From Auanema rhodensis (lineage: Eukaryota > Animalia > Nematoda), in assembly GCA_964057225.1 (NCBI GenBank), contig OZ059894.1, forward strand, positions 11,036,001-11,100,000: DNA of 64,000 bases. The letters are read 5' to 3'. Made by a program: the position numbers and the translations under genes. This document shows, one piece after another, positions 1 to 13,561 of this stretch. Every line of letters starts with the position of its first letter. The stretch's first letter is position 1. Under the pieces are notes generated by a model that did no database searches, had not been told where the DNA came from, and worked only from the letters and a program-made list of their open reading frames with translations.

Positions 1-528
1 TCTTTCTATTTTTTCTTCATATGTACGTAGATACTATAGAGAACTATGATAGAAAACTTTAACATTCACGAAATCATCATTTCTCATTACGCTACGGAGG
101 TTTAAAAAGCTGTGTTTTACCTTATAATAGACCGGAAAACCCTTGTGTTAAAACTGGACCGTTTTTACACATATAAAAATGTCCCGTATTCGGGACCCTA
201 ATGTAACTTTTGATTCCCTATATTTTTTTTCATAAAATTTACAATCTACTGTAGAAAGAAGAATTATTTTTATAAAAACTGTAAATTTTTGAAAAATGAA
301 AACAAAACGAAAACAAAAACAACTTTTTTTTGAACATTTTCTCACACAAGGGTCCCCCCTTACCTACTTTTTTTCTCATTACTCGTTTCAACCTCATCCG
401 ATCACTCTGCAAACATGTTTAATCGTTCTAACTTGTTGAAATACGTCTTAAAAGTCTAAACAACATGCATATGCATAATAGAAACCACCCGAATAGGCCC
501 CCACGCACTAAACGAGATATATACATTA

Positions 529-660
529 CCAGTATAGTAATAGAACACATATTGAAGATTAATTCGATAAGAACAATTTATTGACGTAGAGAATGTTTGT
601 TCCGAAAAACTACAATATTAAACTATAAAAGTAACAAAAGCGTAGAGGCAGCAAAGACAT
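529..660 (-). pseudogene. Decayed element-5'/U2(39-79)/element-3' junction, present in every array unit
   Basis: 538-578 matches U2 nt 39-79 at 36/41; 579-622 matches 27767-27810 at 38/44; 529-537 CCAGTATAG matches 28545-28553. Confidence 0.85.
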
Positions 661-893
661 GAATAAACATAAATGTAAATACAGAATTACCAGGTAGTAC
701 ATAAGTATGACAAAAAATTATAAGAAAGCCATGAAAATAGAAGGTTTGTGAACAAATGAGAGGTACATCTTTGATCGTATAGTCATTTCTAAACCGTTCG
801 TATGCTGCAGCATCGTCATAAACGTCATTCAAGTTGAATTTCCATGTGTACTACACGATTTTCATTCTTATTGTTACATTCTTTCCCTGAGGG

Positions 894-1079
894 AATGGGC
901 CGTTCCCGCCAGCAGTGCAAGAGCGGGTCGACACGTGAGGTGGAGCTAGCAAGCCAGCATCTACCTCAAGTCTCAAAAATCGGTTAACCTTATTGTGAAC
1001 CAATGGAACACATATCGAAGGTTAATTCGATAAGAACGATTACTACACTTTGATCTTAGCCAAAAGGCCGAGAAGCGAT
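894..1079 (-). ncRNA. U2: U2 spliceosomal snRNA
   Basis: Minus strand reads ATCGCTTCTCGGCCTTTTGGCTAAGATCAAAGTGTAGTA; stem IIa with loop UUAACC complementary to GGUUAA; Sm site AUUUUUG; stem-loop IV UUGCAC. 3' end approximate. Confidence 0.95.
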
Positions 1080-1521
1080 ACAGCATAGCCATGAGTATCA
1101 AAGACATCAAGCAAATGTATCGTACTTGTTACGAGTGCACTCTCTCATTTGAATATAAAAGTGTGGTTTGACAATCTTGACTGTACAGGTCATAAATGGC
1201 TCATATAAACTGTGGATTTACTCAACTTTTGGACTTATTTTTTTCTTATTCGAAGCGCTGCACTTTTTTCTATTCTTTTTATTCAAATACTTGTATATAG
1301 TTTTATATGTACGGTTGCAAAGTTTCCGAATATTTTATATATTTTTATACAATAATTAGGAGAAGGTTAATACAATGAAATCTCCCAACTTTACAGTGTT
1401 TGTATTGCTTACAGTATCTAGAACAACCACTCTTGTAATATTAGAGCACATATCAATCAACAACTTTTTCTAGTTATCAAAGCTTTTTTATTTCTTCAAG
1501 ATATTTCAAATAAAATATAAA

Positions 1522-1640
1522 AGCTTACGACACCCGGGATTCCCAAGCCGTCTCCGATCCAAGTACTAACCGGGCCCAACGTTGCTTGACTTGCCAGATC
1601 GGACGGGATGGCGTACTTTCAACGTGGTATGGTCGTAAGC
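1522..1640 (-). rRNA. 5S rRNA
   Basis: GCTTACGACCATACCACGTTGAAAG...GTTAGTACTTGGATCGGAGACGG...GTCGTAAGCT followed by a T-run terminator; nematode-type 5S. Confidence 0.97.
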
Positions 1641-1881
1641 AATGTTATATTCTTCATTATCAGTTATATCACTCTAAATCTTGTTGTTAATAGTTAGGAC
1701 CACAAAGAAAACAACAGGAACAGTAACAAATGAAATGCCCAAACTTTACAGTGTTCGAGTTATTTACAGTATCTAAGACTACCTCTGTCGTGTTATTAGA
1801 GCAAACATTCGATTAACAACAACTTTTTTTTAGTTATCAAAGCTTTTTTATTTCTTCAAAAAATTTCAAATAAAATATAAA

Positions 1882-2000
1882 AGCTTACGACACCCGGGAT
1901 TCCCAAGCCGTCTCCGATCCAAGTACTAACCGGGCCCAACGTTGCTTGACTTGCCAGATCGGACGGGATGGCGTACTTTCAACGTGGTATGGTCGTAAGC
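1882..2000 (-). rRNA. 5S rRNA
   Basis: Identical copy. Confidence 0.97.
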
Positions 2001-2142
2001 AATGTCATATTCTTCATTATCAGTTATATCACTCTAAATCTTGTTGTTAATAGATACGACCACAAAGAAAACAACAGGAACAGTAACAATAACAAAAAAA
2101 ATTTTTTTTTCACCTATGTGTCTAAAGGTTAGCCATGTATCC

Positions 2143-2180
<38 letters not shown>

Positions 2181-3360
2181 ACAGTAAAAAGTCCAATCAA
2201 GAGAGAAATTTTTTCAACACATAGTTGTTTTTTTTTTAAATATCATTGTTTTTCCTCATAACTCGGTTTAAACTCGTTCTAACCCGTTGAAATACGTCTA
2301 GAAAGTCTTTATAACATGCATATGTATGATAGAACTTCATATTTATTGTAATAGAAAATTTTATTTTCAGACGTCTTGGTTAACAATGATATGTTTTACC
2401 CCCTTATAATTTTTATCATAATGTTCCTTATACGGAACGCTCAATGAAACTTGCTTCCAGAAAAATTTCTTTCTATTTTTTCTTCATATGTACGTAGATA
2501 CTATAGAGAACTATGATAGAAAACTTTAACATTCACGAAATCATCATTTCTCATTACGCTACGGAGGTTTAAAAAGCTGTGTTTTACCTTATTATAGACC
2601 GGAAAACCCTTGTGTTAAAACTGGACCGTTTTTACACATATAAAAATGTCCCGTATTCGGGACCCTAATGTAACTTTTGATTCCCTATATTTTTTTTCAT
2701 GAAATTTACAATCTACTGTAGAAAGAAGAATTATTTTTATAAAAACTGTAAATTTTTGAAAAATGAAAACAAAACGAAAACAAAAACAACTTTTTTTTGA
2801 ACATTTTCTCACACAAGGGTCCCCCCTTACCTACTTTTTTTCTCATTACTCGTTTCAACCTCATCCGATCACTCTGCAAACATGTTTAATCGTTCTAACT
2901 TGTTGAAATACGTCTTAAAAGTCTAAACAACATGCATATGCATAATAGAAACCACCCGAATAGGCCCCCACGCACTAAACGAGATATATACATTACCAGT
3001 ATAGTAATAGAACACATATTGAAGATTAATTCGATAAGAACAATTTATTGACGTAGAGAATGTTTGTTCCGAAAAACTACAATATTAAACTATAAAAGTA
3101 ACAAAAGCGTAGAGGCAGCAAAGACATGAATAAACATAAATGTAAATACAGAATTACCAGGTAGTACATAAGTATGACAAAAAATTATAAGAAAGCCATG
3201 AAAATAGAAGGTTTGTGAGCAAATGAGAGGTACATCTTTGATCGTATAGTCATTTCTAAACCGTTCGTATGCTGCAGCATCGTCATAAGCGTCACTCAAG
3301 TTGAATTTCCATGTGTACTACACGATTTTCATTCTTATTGTTACATTCTTTCCCTGAGGG

Positions 3361-3546
3361 AATGGGCCGTTCCCGCCAGCAGTGCAAGAGCGGGTCGACC
3401 CGTGAGGTGGAGCTAGCAAGCCAGCATCTACTTCAAGTCTCAAAAATCGGTTAACCTTATTGTGAACCAATGGAACACATATCGAAGGTTAATTCGATAA
3501 GAACGATTACTACACTTTGATCTTAGCCAAAAGGCCGAGAAGCGAT
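3361..3546 (-). ncRNA. U2: U2 snRNA
   Basis: Copy of the unit-1 U2. Confidence 0.95.
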
Positions 3547-3988
3547 ACAGCATAGCCATGAGTATCAAAGACATCAAGCAAATGTATCGTACTTGTTACG
3601 AGTGCACTCTCTCATTTGAATATAAAAGTGTGGTTTGACAATCTTGACTGTACAGGTCATAAATGGCTCATATAAACTGTGGATTTACTCAACTTTTGGA
3701 CTTATTTTTTTCTTATTCGAAGCGCTGCACTTTTTTCTATTCTTTTTATTCAAATACTTGTATATAGTTTTATATGTACGGTTGCAAAGTTTCCGAATAT
3801 TTTATATATTTTTATACAATAATTAGGAGAAGGTTAATACAATGAAATCTCCCAACTTTACAGTGTTTGTATTGCTTACAGTATCTAGAACAACCACTCT
3901 TGTAATATTAGAGCACATATCAATCAACAACTTTTTCTAGTTATCAAAGCTTTTTTATTTCTTCAAGATATTTCAAATAAAATATAAA

Positions 3989-4107
3989 AGCTTACGACAC
4001 CCGGGATTCCCAAGCCGTCTCCGATCCAAGTACTAACCGGGCCCAACGTTGCTTGACTTGCCAGATCGGACGGGATGGCGTACTTTCAACGTGGTATGGT
4101 CGTAAGC
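3989..4107 (-). rRNA. 5S rRNA
   Basis: Identical copy (only one in this unit). Confidence 0.97.
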
Positions 4108-4249
4108 AATGTTATATTCTTCATTATCAGTTATATCACTCTAAATCTTGTTGTTAATAGATACGACCACAAAGAAAACAACAGGAACAGTAACAATAAC
4201 AAAAAAAATTTTTTTTTCACCTATGTGTCTAAAGGTTAGCCATGTATCC

Positions 4250-4295
<46 letters not shown>

Positions 4296-5475
4296 ACAGT
4301 AAAAAGTCCAATCAAGAGAGAAATTTTTTCAACACATAGTTGTTTTTTTTTTAAATATCATTGTTTTTCCTCATAACTCGGTTTAAACTCGTTCTAACCC
4401 GTTGAAATACGTCTAGAAAGTCTTTATAACATGCATATGTATGATAGAACTTCATATTTATTGTAATAGAAAATTTTATTTTCAGACGTCTTGGTTAACA
4501 ATGATATGTTTTACCCCCTTATAATTTTTATCATAATGTTCCTTATACGGAACGCTCAATGAAACTTGCTTCCAGAAAAATTTCTTTCTATTTTTTCTTC
4601 ATATGTACGTAGATACTATAGAGAACTATGATAGAAAACTTTAACATTCACGAAATCATCATTTCTCATTACGCTACGGAGGTTTAAAAAGCTGTGTTTT
4701 ACCTTATAATAGACCGGAAAACCCTTGTGTTAAAACTGGACCGTTTTTACACATATAAAAATGTCCCGTATTCGGGACCCTAATGTAACTTTTGATTCCC
4801 TATATTTTTTTTCATGAAATTTACAATCTACTGTAGAAAGAAGAATTATTTTTATAAAAACTGTAAATTTTTGAAAAATGAAAACAAAACGAAAACAAAA
4901 ACAACTTTTTTTTGAACATTTTCTCACACAAGGGTCCCCCCTTACCTACTTTTTTTCTCATTACTCGTTTCAACCTCATCCGATCACTCTGCAAACATGT
5001 TTAATCGTTCTAACTTGTTGAAATACGTCTTAAAAGTCTAAACAACATGCATATGCATAATAGAAACCACCCGAATAGGCCCCCACGCACTAAACGAGAT
5101 ATATACATTACCAGTATAGTAATAGAACACATATTGAAGATTAATTCGATAAGAACAATTTATTGACGTAGAGAATGTTTGTTCCGAAAAACTACAATAT
5201 TAAACTATAAAAGTAACAAAAGCGTAGAGGCAGCAAAGACATGAATAAACATAAATGTAAATACAGAATTACCAGGTAGTACATAAGTATGACAAAAAAT
5301 TATAAGAAAGCCATGAAAATAGAAGGTTTGTGAACAAATGAGAGGTACATCTTTGATCGTATAGTCATTTCTAAACCGTTCGTATGCTGCAGCATCGTCA
5401 TAAGCGTCACTCAAGTTGAATTTCCATGTGTACTACACGATTTTCATTCTTATTGTTACATTCTTTCCCTGAGGG

Positions 5476-5661
5476 AATGGGCCGTTCCCGCCAGCAGTGC
5501 AAGAGCGGGTCGACCCGTGAGGTGGAGCTAGCAAGCCAGCATCTACCTCAAGTCTCAAAAATCGGTTAACCTTATTGTGAACCAATGGAACACATATCGA
5601 AGGTTAATTCGATAAGAACGATTACTACACTTTGATCTTAGCCAAAAGGCCGAGAAGCGAT
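5476..5661 (-). ncRNA. U2: U2 snRNA
   Basis: Copy of the unit-1 U2. Confidence 0.95.
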
Positions 5662-6103
5662 ACAGCATAGCCATGAGTATCAAAGACATCAAGCAAATGT
5701 ATCGTACTTGTTACGAGTGCACTCTCTCATTTGAATATAAAAGTGTGGTTTGACAATCTTGACTGTACAGGTCATAAATGGCTCATATAAACTGTGGATT
5801 TACTCAACTTTTGGACTTATTTTTTTCTTATTCGAAGCGCTGCACTTTTTTCTATTCTTTTTATTCAAATACTTGTATATAGTTTTATATGTACGGTTGC
5901 AAAGTTTCCGAATATTTTATATATTTTTATACAATAATTAGGAGAAGGTTAATACAATGAAATCTCCCAACTTTACAGTGTTTGTATTGCTTACAGTATC
6001 TAGAACAACCACTCTTGTAATATTAGAGCACATATCAATCAACAACTTTTTCTAGTTATCAAAGCTTTTTTATTTCTTCAAGATATTTCAAATAAAATAT
6101 AAA

Positions 6104-6222
6104 AGCTTACGACACCCGGGATTCCCAAGCCGTCTCCGATCCAAGTACTAACCGGGCCCAACGTTGCTTGACTTGCCAGATCGGACGGGATGGCGTACTT
6201 TCAACGTGGTATGGTCGTAAGC
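6104..6222 (-). rRNA. 5S rRNA
   Basis: Identical copy. Confidence 0.97.
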
Positions 6223-6463
6223 AATGTTATATTCTTCATTATCAGTTATATCACTCTAAATCTTGTTGTTAATAGTTAGGACCACAAAGAAAACAACAGG
6301 AACAGTAACAAATGAAATGCCCAAACTTTACAGTGTTCGAGTTATTTACAGTATCTAAGACTACCTCTGTCGTGTTATTAGAGCAAACATTCGATTAACA
6401 ACAACTTTTTTTTAGTTATCAAAGCTTTTTTATTTCTTCAAAAAATTTCAAATAAAATATAAA

Positions 6464-6582
6464 AGCTTACGACACCCGGGATTCCCAAGCCGTCTCCGAT
6501 CCAAGTACTAACCGGGCCCAACGTTGCTTGACTTGCCAGATCGGACGGGATGGCGTACTTTCAACGTGGTATGGTCGTAAGC
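6464..6582 (-). rRNA. 5S rRNA
   Basis: Identical copy. Confidence 0.97.
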
Positions 6583-6724
6583 AATGTCATATTCTTCATT
6601 ATCAGTTATATCACTCTAAATCTTGTTGTTAATAGATACGACCACAAAGAAAACAACAGGAACAGTAACAATAACAAAAAAAATTTTTTTTTCACCTATG
6701 TGTCTAAAGGTTAGCCATGTATCC

Positions 6725-6772
<48 letters not shown>

Positions 6773-7952
6773 ACAGTAAAAAGTCCAATCAAGAGAGAAA
6801 TTTTTTCAACACATAGTTGTTTTTTTTTTAAATATCATTGTTTTTCCTCATAACTCGGTTTAAACTCGTTCTAACCCGTTGAAATACGTCTAGAAAGTCT
6901 TTATAACATGCATATGTATGATAGAACTTCATATTTATTGTAATAGAAAATTTTATTTTCAGACGTCTTGGTTAACAATGATATGTTTTACCCCCTTATA
7001 ATTTTTATCATAATGTTCCTTATACGGAACGCTCAATGAAACTTGCTTCCAGAAAAATTTCTTTCTATTTTTTCTTCATATGTACGTAGATACTATAGAG
7101 AACTATGATAGAAAACTTTAACATTCACGAAATCATCATTTCTCATTACGCTACGGAGGTTTAAAAAGCTGTGTTTTACCTTATAATAGACCGGAAAACC
7201 CTTGTGTTAAAACTGGACCGTTTTTACACATATAAAAATGTCCCGTATTCGGGACCCTAATGTAACTTTTGATTCCCTATATTTTTTTTCATGAAATTTA
7301 CAATCTACTGTAGAAAGAAGAATTATTTTTATAAAAACTGTAAATTTTTGAAAAATGAAAACAAAACGAAAACAAAAACAACTTTTTTTTGAACATTTTC
7401 TCACACAAGGGTCCCCCCTTACCTACTTTTTTTCTCATTACTCGTTTCAACCTCATCCGATCACTCTGCAAACATGTTTAATCGTTCTAACTTGTTGAAA
7501 TACGTCTTAAAAGTCTAAACAACATGCATATGCATAATAGAAACCACCCGAATAGGCCCCCACGCACTAAACGAGATATATACATTACCAGTATAGTAAT
7601 AGAACACATATTGAAGATTAATTCGATAAGAACAATTTATTGACGTAGAGAATGTTTGTTCCGAAAAACTACAATATTAAACTATAAAAGTAACAAAAGC
7701 GTAGAGGCAGCAAAGACATGAATAAACATAAATGTAAATACAGAATTACCAGGTAGTACATAAGTATGACAAAAAATTATAAGAAAGCCATGAAAATAGA
7801 AGGTTTGTGAACAAATGAGAGGTACATCTTTGATCGTATAGTCATTTCTAAACCGTTCGTATGCTGCAGCATCGTCATAAGCGTCACTCAAGTTGAATTT
7901 CCATGTGTACTACACGATTTTCATTCTTATTGTTACATTCTTTCCCTGAGGG

Positions 7953-8138
7953 AATGGGCCGTTCCCGCCAGCAGTGCAAGAGCGGGTCGACCCGTGAGGT
8001 GGAGCTAGCAAGCCAGCATCTACTTCAAGTCTCAAAAATCGGTTAACCTTATTGTGAACCAATGGAACACATATCGAAGGTTAATTCGATAAGAACGATT
8101 ACTACACTTTGATCTTAGCCAAAAGGCCGAGAAGCGAT
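7953..8138 (-). ncRNA. U2: U2 snRNA
   Basis: Copy of the unit-1 U2. Confidence 0.95.
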
Positions 8139-8580
8139 ACAGCATAGCCATGAGTATCAAAGACATCAAGCAAATGTATCGTACTTGTTACGAGTGCACT
8201 CTCTCATTTGAATATAAAAGTGTGGTTTGACAATCTTGACTGTACAGGTCATAAATGGCTCATATAAACTGTGGATTTACTCAACTTTTGGACTTATTTT
8301 TTTCTTATTCGAAGCGCTGCACTTTTTTCTATTCTTTTTATTCAAATACTTGTATATAGTTTTATATGTACGGTTGCAAAGTTTCCGAATATTTTATATA
8401 TTTTTATACAATAATTAGGAGAAGGTTAATACAATGAAATCTCCCAACTTTACAGTGTTTGTATTGCTTACAGTATCTAGAACAACCACTCTTGTAATAT
8501 TAGAGCACATATCAATCAACAACTTTTTCTAGTTATCAAAGCTTTTTTATTTCTTCAAGATATTTCAAATAAAATATAAA

Positions 8581-8699
8581 AGCTTACGACACCCGGGATT
8601 CCCAAGCCGTCTCCGATCCAAGTACTAACCGGGCCCAACGTTGCTTGACTTGCCAGATCGGACGGGATGGCGTACTTTCAACGTGGTATGGTCGTAAGC
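8581..8699 (-). rRNA. 5S rRNA
   Basis: Identical copy. Confidence 0.97.
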
Positions 8700-8940
8700 A
8701 ATGTTATATTCTTCATTATCAGTTATATCACTCTAAATCTTGTTGTTAATAGTTAGGACCACAAAGAAAACAACAGGAACAGTAACAAATGAAATGCCCA
8801 AACTTTACAGTGTTCGAGTTATTTACAGTATCTAAGACTACCTCTGTCGTGTTATTAGAGCAAACATTCGATTAACAACAACTTTTTTTTAGTTATCAAA
8901 GCTTTTTTATTTCTTCAAAAAATTTCAAATAAAATATAAA

Positions 8941-9059
8941 AGCTTACGACACCCGGGATTCCCAAGCCGTCTCCGATCCAAGTACTAACCGGGCCCAACG
9001 TTGCTTGACTTGCCAGATCGGACGGGATGGCGTACTTTCAACGTGGTATGGTCGTAAGC
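8941..9059 (-). rRNA. 5S rRNA
   Basis: Identical copy. Confidence 0.97.
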
Positions 9060-9201
9060 AATGTCATATTCTTCATTATCAGTTATATCACTCTAAATCT
9101 TGTTGTTAATAGATACGACCACAAAGAAAACAACAGGAACAGTAACAATAACAAAAAAAATTTTTTTTTCACCTATGTGTCTAAAGGTTAGCCATGTATC
9201 C

Positions 9202-9237
<36 letters not shown>

Positions 9238-9241
<4 letters not shown>

Positions 9242-12179
9242 GTTGGGCAAAATTCCAAAATTTTCGACTGCGACTGTGGTCGACTTTAAAGTATTGCTTG
9301 TTTACGAATATTGACTATAGTCGATTATGAAATTTAAAAAATTATCGATTTTTGACTTTAGTCGATTATGAAATTTAAAAATTATCGATTTTTGACTAAA
9401 ATCGACTTAAGTAATATGATAATTTACGACTTTTGACTAAAATCGACAGTTATGTATCTTTTTTTTTAAAAATTATCGATTTTTGACTAAAATCGACTTA
9501 AGTAATATGATAATTTAGGACTTTTGACTAAAATCGACAGTTATCTTTTTTAGTATCTTTTTTTTTGAAATTTGATTTGTTTAATTGTCTATTGTTATTT
9601 TTTATTTTAAGTTTGATATGCGCAGCGTTTCGAAGTCTAAAGTGTGGCGCTATTTTGAGAGAGTGAAGAAAAAAAGTGTGTCATGTAGTTTATGTGGTAA
9701 AATTTATGCGTTTCATGGAGCAACCACGAACCTTTGGGACCATATCAAAAAATTACATCCCCAAGAATCGGATGATCTTACCAAAGAAGAAACTTGCTCC
9801 CTTGTGTCCGAACAATCTCAACCACTCATTACACATTCTTTGTGGCCCACCATGTCTAAATTAAAATCCGAAAAATGTTTGGAAAAGTTGGTAGACTTCT
9901 TTTCCTCGTCATATATCTCGCTAAGAATAGTAGAAACGTCTGATTTTCTTGAATTTTTAAAAGAGCTGCAGCCCGCATTTAAAGTACCTAGCAGACGCAA
10001 ATTGGGAAGACTTATTCGAGAGAAAGCTGATGCTATACATCAGAAAAATTTGGCCGAGTTAGAATCGGCAACTCACATCTACATGGGTGCTGACTGCTGG
10101 AGTACTCTAAATTCATCAGTATCTCTATTAGTTATTACGGGGCACTATTTTTTGCCTAATGAATTCAAAAGAAATAATATTATTGTGGACGTGATCACAC
10201 TAAGAGACAGGTACGATTTCTATTACTATTATGTTTTTTATTCCTTCATTATTTTTTTGTCAGACACACATCTGAAGTATTAGCTGACTCAATAACCTCG
10301 GCTTTACCCATTAGTCTGCTATGCACTTAACGGTGCTATAAGTGATGGAGCTCCTAATTTGAAGAAAGCATATAAAATTTTGAACATTGAATAGTAAGTT
10401 TTTCTTTTCTACTCATACTTATCACATTTTAGTTTCCACTGTACTGCGCACCTTCTCAACTTAATTGTATCTGATGTACTATGCACGCCACCTCTTGAAG
10501 AAAATCTTAAAAAAATGCGAAAAACTCTTAAAATGTTCAAGAGAAGCGCTCGTTTTAAAAACCAACTCGAAACGTAAGACTGTAAACCCAAAAAATAAAT
10601 TTTAAATATTTTAGAAAATGTGCGGAAATGGGAATGAAATACTCTGTTCCATATTCGGATAGTCAAATACGATGGAACAGCACATACATTATGATTAAAA
10701 AATTTTTGGAGATGGTTCGTTAATAATGCTTTAAATTAATAATTGCTATTTCAAGTCCGATGCCTATGACTGGTTCATGAATGAACAAGGAATTGAACCA
10801 TTTACTGGAAACGAAAAATGCTTTTTGCAACTTGTCATGGAAACTTTCGAAATTTTCTTCAACTCTACTTTAACAGTACGTTTTTTCACTGAATGGACAA
10901 GGTCAGAATTACATTATTTTTTACAGGTTTCAAAACGTGAAGAATGTGCTTGTTCTATTCTAGGGCTCTGCAGACTGATTATTTTTAATTTAAAAAAGTG
11001 AGTCACTTATCTTTTGTTCGCATGATGTTTAATTATTATATGCTTAATATGAGTTTCAGTTCACTAAAAAAAACTTACGGGGAAAAAAAAAATTTTGTTT
11101 CCCGCTTACTCGAATCTGCTAATTCTCGATTTGCTGATGTATTTGATAATATGTTTTACAAGATGGCCGCATTTGTTGATCCAAGATTCAGTTATCTATC
11201 TTCTATACTAACTGCTGAAGAATGGAAAATCGTGGAAGAAAGTTTTATCTCAGCTGCCAGTACTAATAGTATGTTTTTCAAATAGTATTATTGTTTAAAA
11301 TCATTGCTTCAGAAGAGAATGACACCACTAACACAGGAAAAAATCCCAGCTTCTGGGCTGAATTTATGGAGAGCTCAGATAACGAGCGGAATGGTGAATC
11401 TGAGAAAGATAAACTTGAGGTATGTTTTCAAAATATTAAAATATCATTTTCCTTTTCAGAATGAAATTTTTCGATACAAGTCGTTTTTAAAACTAAGTAG
11501 ACCTTCGATTGAATCACTACCCACAACTTGGTGGGCTAATAATTGTCAAAATTTCCCTCTTCTTGGAACAATAAGCAAAAAATACTTGTGTTTGCCTTCT
11601 TCGGCAACAGACTGTGAACGGTTTTTCAGGTAAAAAGCAGTAAGTTATTGAGCTAATGATTGTATGTTTTCAGTATGGCAGGGGTAATCTACGGAAACAG
11701 ACGTAGAACAAAATTAACTGGAGAAAATGCTAGAAACTTACTTTTGAATTTAACAAATAGAAACAAAAATGACGTTGAAAAAAAAAATGAGGCTTACGAG
11801 TGTCATGACTACGAAAATGAAGAGGAAGAAGATGAAGAGAGTGAAACTGAAGAAAACGAAAATGCGAGAAATGATGACGATATGCAATCTGAATATTCTG
11901 TTGAATTTTAGTGTTGTATACAAATAAAAAATTGTATTTGAGTGTAGAGAACAGGAGAGAAAAAGCAATAAACCAAATTATCGAATTTCGACTGACTCGA
12001 CTTGAGAAATATACCGAATTATCGACTTTTGACTTTAGTCGATTATCAAATTCAAAAATTATCGACTTTCGACTTAGTCGACTTGAGCAATATAAAAAAA
12101 TTTCGAATTTCGACTTGGTCGACTTTCGACTCCAGTCGATAATCAAAATTCCTGGACTTTGGAGTCGTGCCCAACTTTA
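9238..12179 (+). mobile_element. hAT DNA transposon
   Basis: TIRs TAAAGTTGGGCA (22 bp with 3 mismatches), 8-bp TSD ATATATAT within the (TA)n tract, TCGAC-rich subterminal repeats at both ends. Confidence 0.93.
9618..11911 (+). pseudogene. hAT transposase, ~9 short GT-AG introns, apparent frameshift in exon 2
   Basis: BED finger (VW.YF, CSLC, NLWDHIKKLH), DCWS, SDGAPN, CTAH, RWNSTY, DPRF, WW, CERFFS; frame changes near 10303-10325. Confidence 0.8.
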
Positions 12180-13375
12180 ATATATATATATATCAACAGT
12201 AAAAAGTCCAATCAAGAGAGAAATTTTTTCAACACATAGTTTTTTTTTTTTTAAATATCATTGTTTTTCCTCATAACTCGGTTTAAACTCGTTCTAACCC
12301 GTTGAAATACGTCTAGAAAGTCTTTATAACATGCATATGTATGATAGAACTTCATATTTATTGTAATAGAAAATTTTATTTTCAGACGTCTTGGTTAACA
12401 ATGATATGTTTTACCCCCTTATAATTTTTATCATAATGTTCCTTATACGGAACGCTCAATGAAACTTGCTTCCAGAAAAATTTCTTTCTATTTTTTCTTC
12501 ATATGTACGTAGATACTATAGAGAACTATGATAGAAAACTTTAACATTCACGAAATCATCATTTCTCATTACGCTACGGAGGTTTAAAAAGCTGTGTTTT
12601 ACCTTATAATAGACCGGAAAACCCTTGTGTTAAAACTGGACCGTTTTTACACATATAAAAATGTCCCGTATTCGGGACCCTAATGTAACTTTTGATTCCC
12701 TATATTTTTTTTCATGAAATTTACAATCTACTGTAGAAAGAAGAATTATTTTTATAAAAACTGTAAATTTTTGAAAAATGAAAACAAAACGAAAACAAAA
12801 ACAACTTTTTTTTGAACATTTTCTCACACAAGGGTCCCCCCTTACCTACTTTTTTTCTCATTACTCGTTTCAACCTCATCCGATCACTCTGCAAACATGT
12901 TTAATCGTTCTAACTTGTTGAAATACGTCTTAAAAGTCTAAACAACATGCATATGCATAATAGAAACCACCCGAATAGGCCCCCACGCACTAAACGAGAT
13001 ATATACATTACCAGTATAGTAATAGAACACATATTGAAGATTAATTCGATAAGAACAATTTATTGACGTAGAGAATGTTTGTTCCGAAAAACTACAATAT
13101 TAAACTATAAAAGTAACAAAAGCGTAGAGGCAGCAAAGACATGAATAAACATAAATGTAAATACAGAATTACCAGGTAGTACATAAGTATGACAAAAAAT
13201 TATAAGAAAGCCATGAAAATAGAAGGTTTGTGAACAAATGAGAGGTACATCTTTGATCGTATAGTCATTTCTAAACCGTTCGTATGCTGCAGCATCGTCA
13301 TAAGCGTCACTCAAGTTGAATTTCCATGTGTACTACACGATTTTCATTCTTATTGTTACATTCTTTCCCTGAGGG

Positions 13376-13561
13376 AATGGGCCGTTCCCGCCAGCAGTGC
13401 AAGAGCGGGTCGACCCGTGAGGTGGAGCTAGCAAGCCAGCATCTACCTCAAGTCTCAAAAATCGGTTAACCTTATTGTGAACCAATGGAACACATATCGA
13501 AGGTTAATTCGATAAGAACGATTACTACACTTTGATCTTAGCCAAAAGGCCGAGAAGCGAT
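13376..13561 (-). ncRNA. U2: U2 snRNA
   Basis: Copy of the unit-1 U2. Confidence 0.95.

Noticed and set aside
148-1359. Recurrent 63-69 aa ORFs in each unit
   Set aside because: Non-ATG starts, AT-rich spacer translation; they recur only because the unit is repeated
2265-2300. SL-RNA-like start GGTTTAAAC
   Set aside because: No AG/GT donor at ~22 nt and no properly placed Sm site
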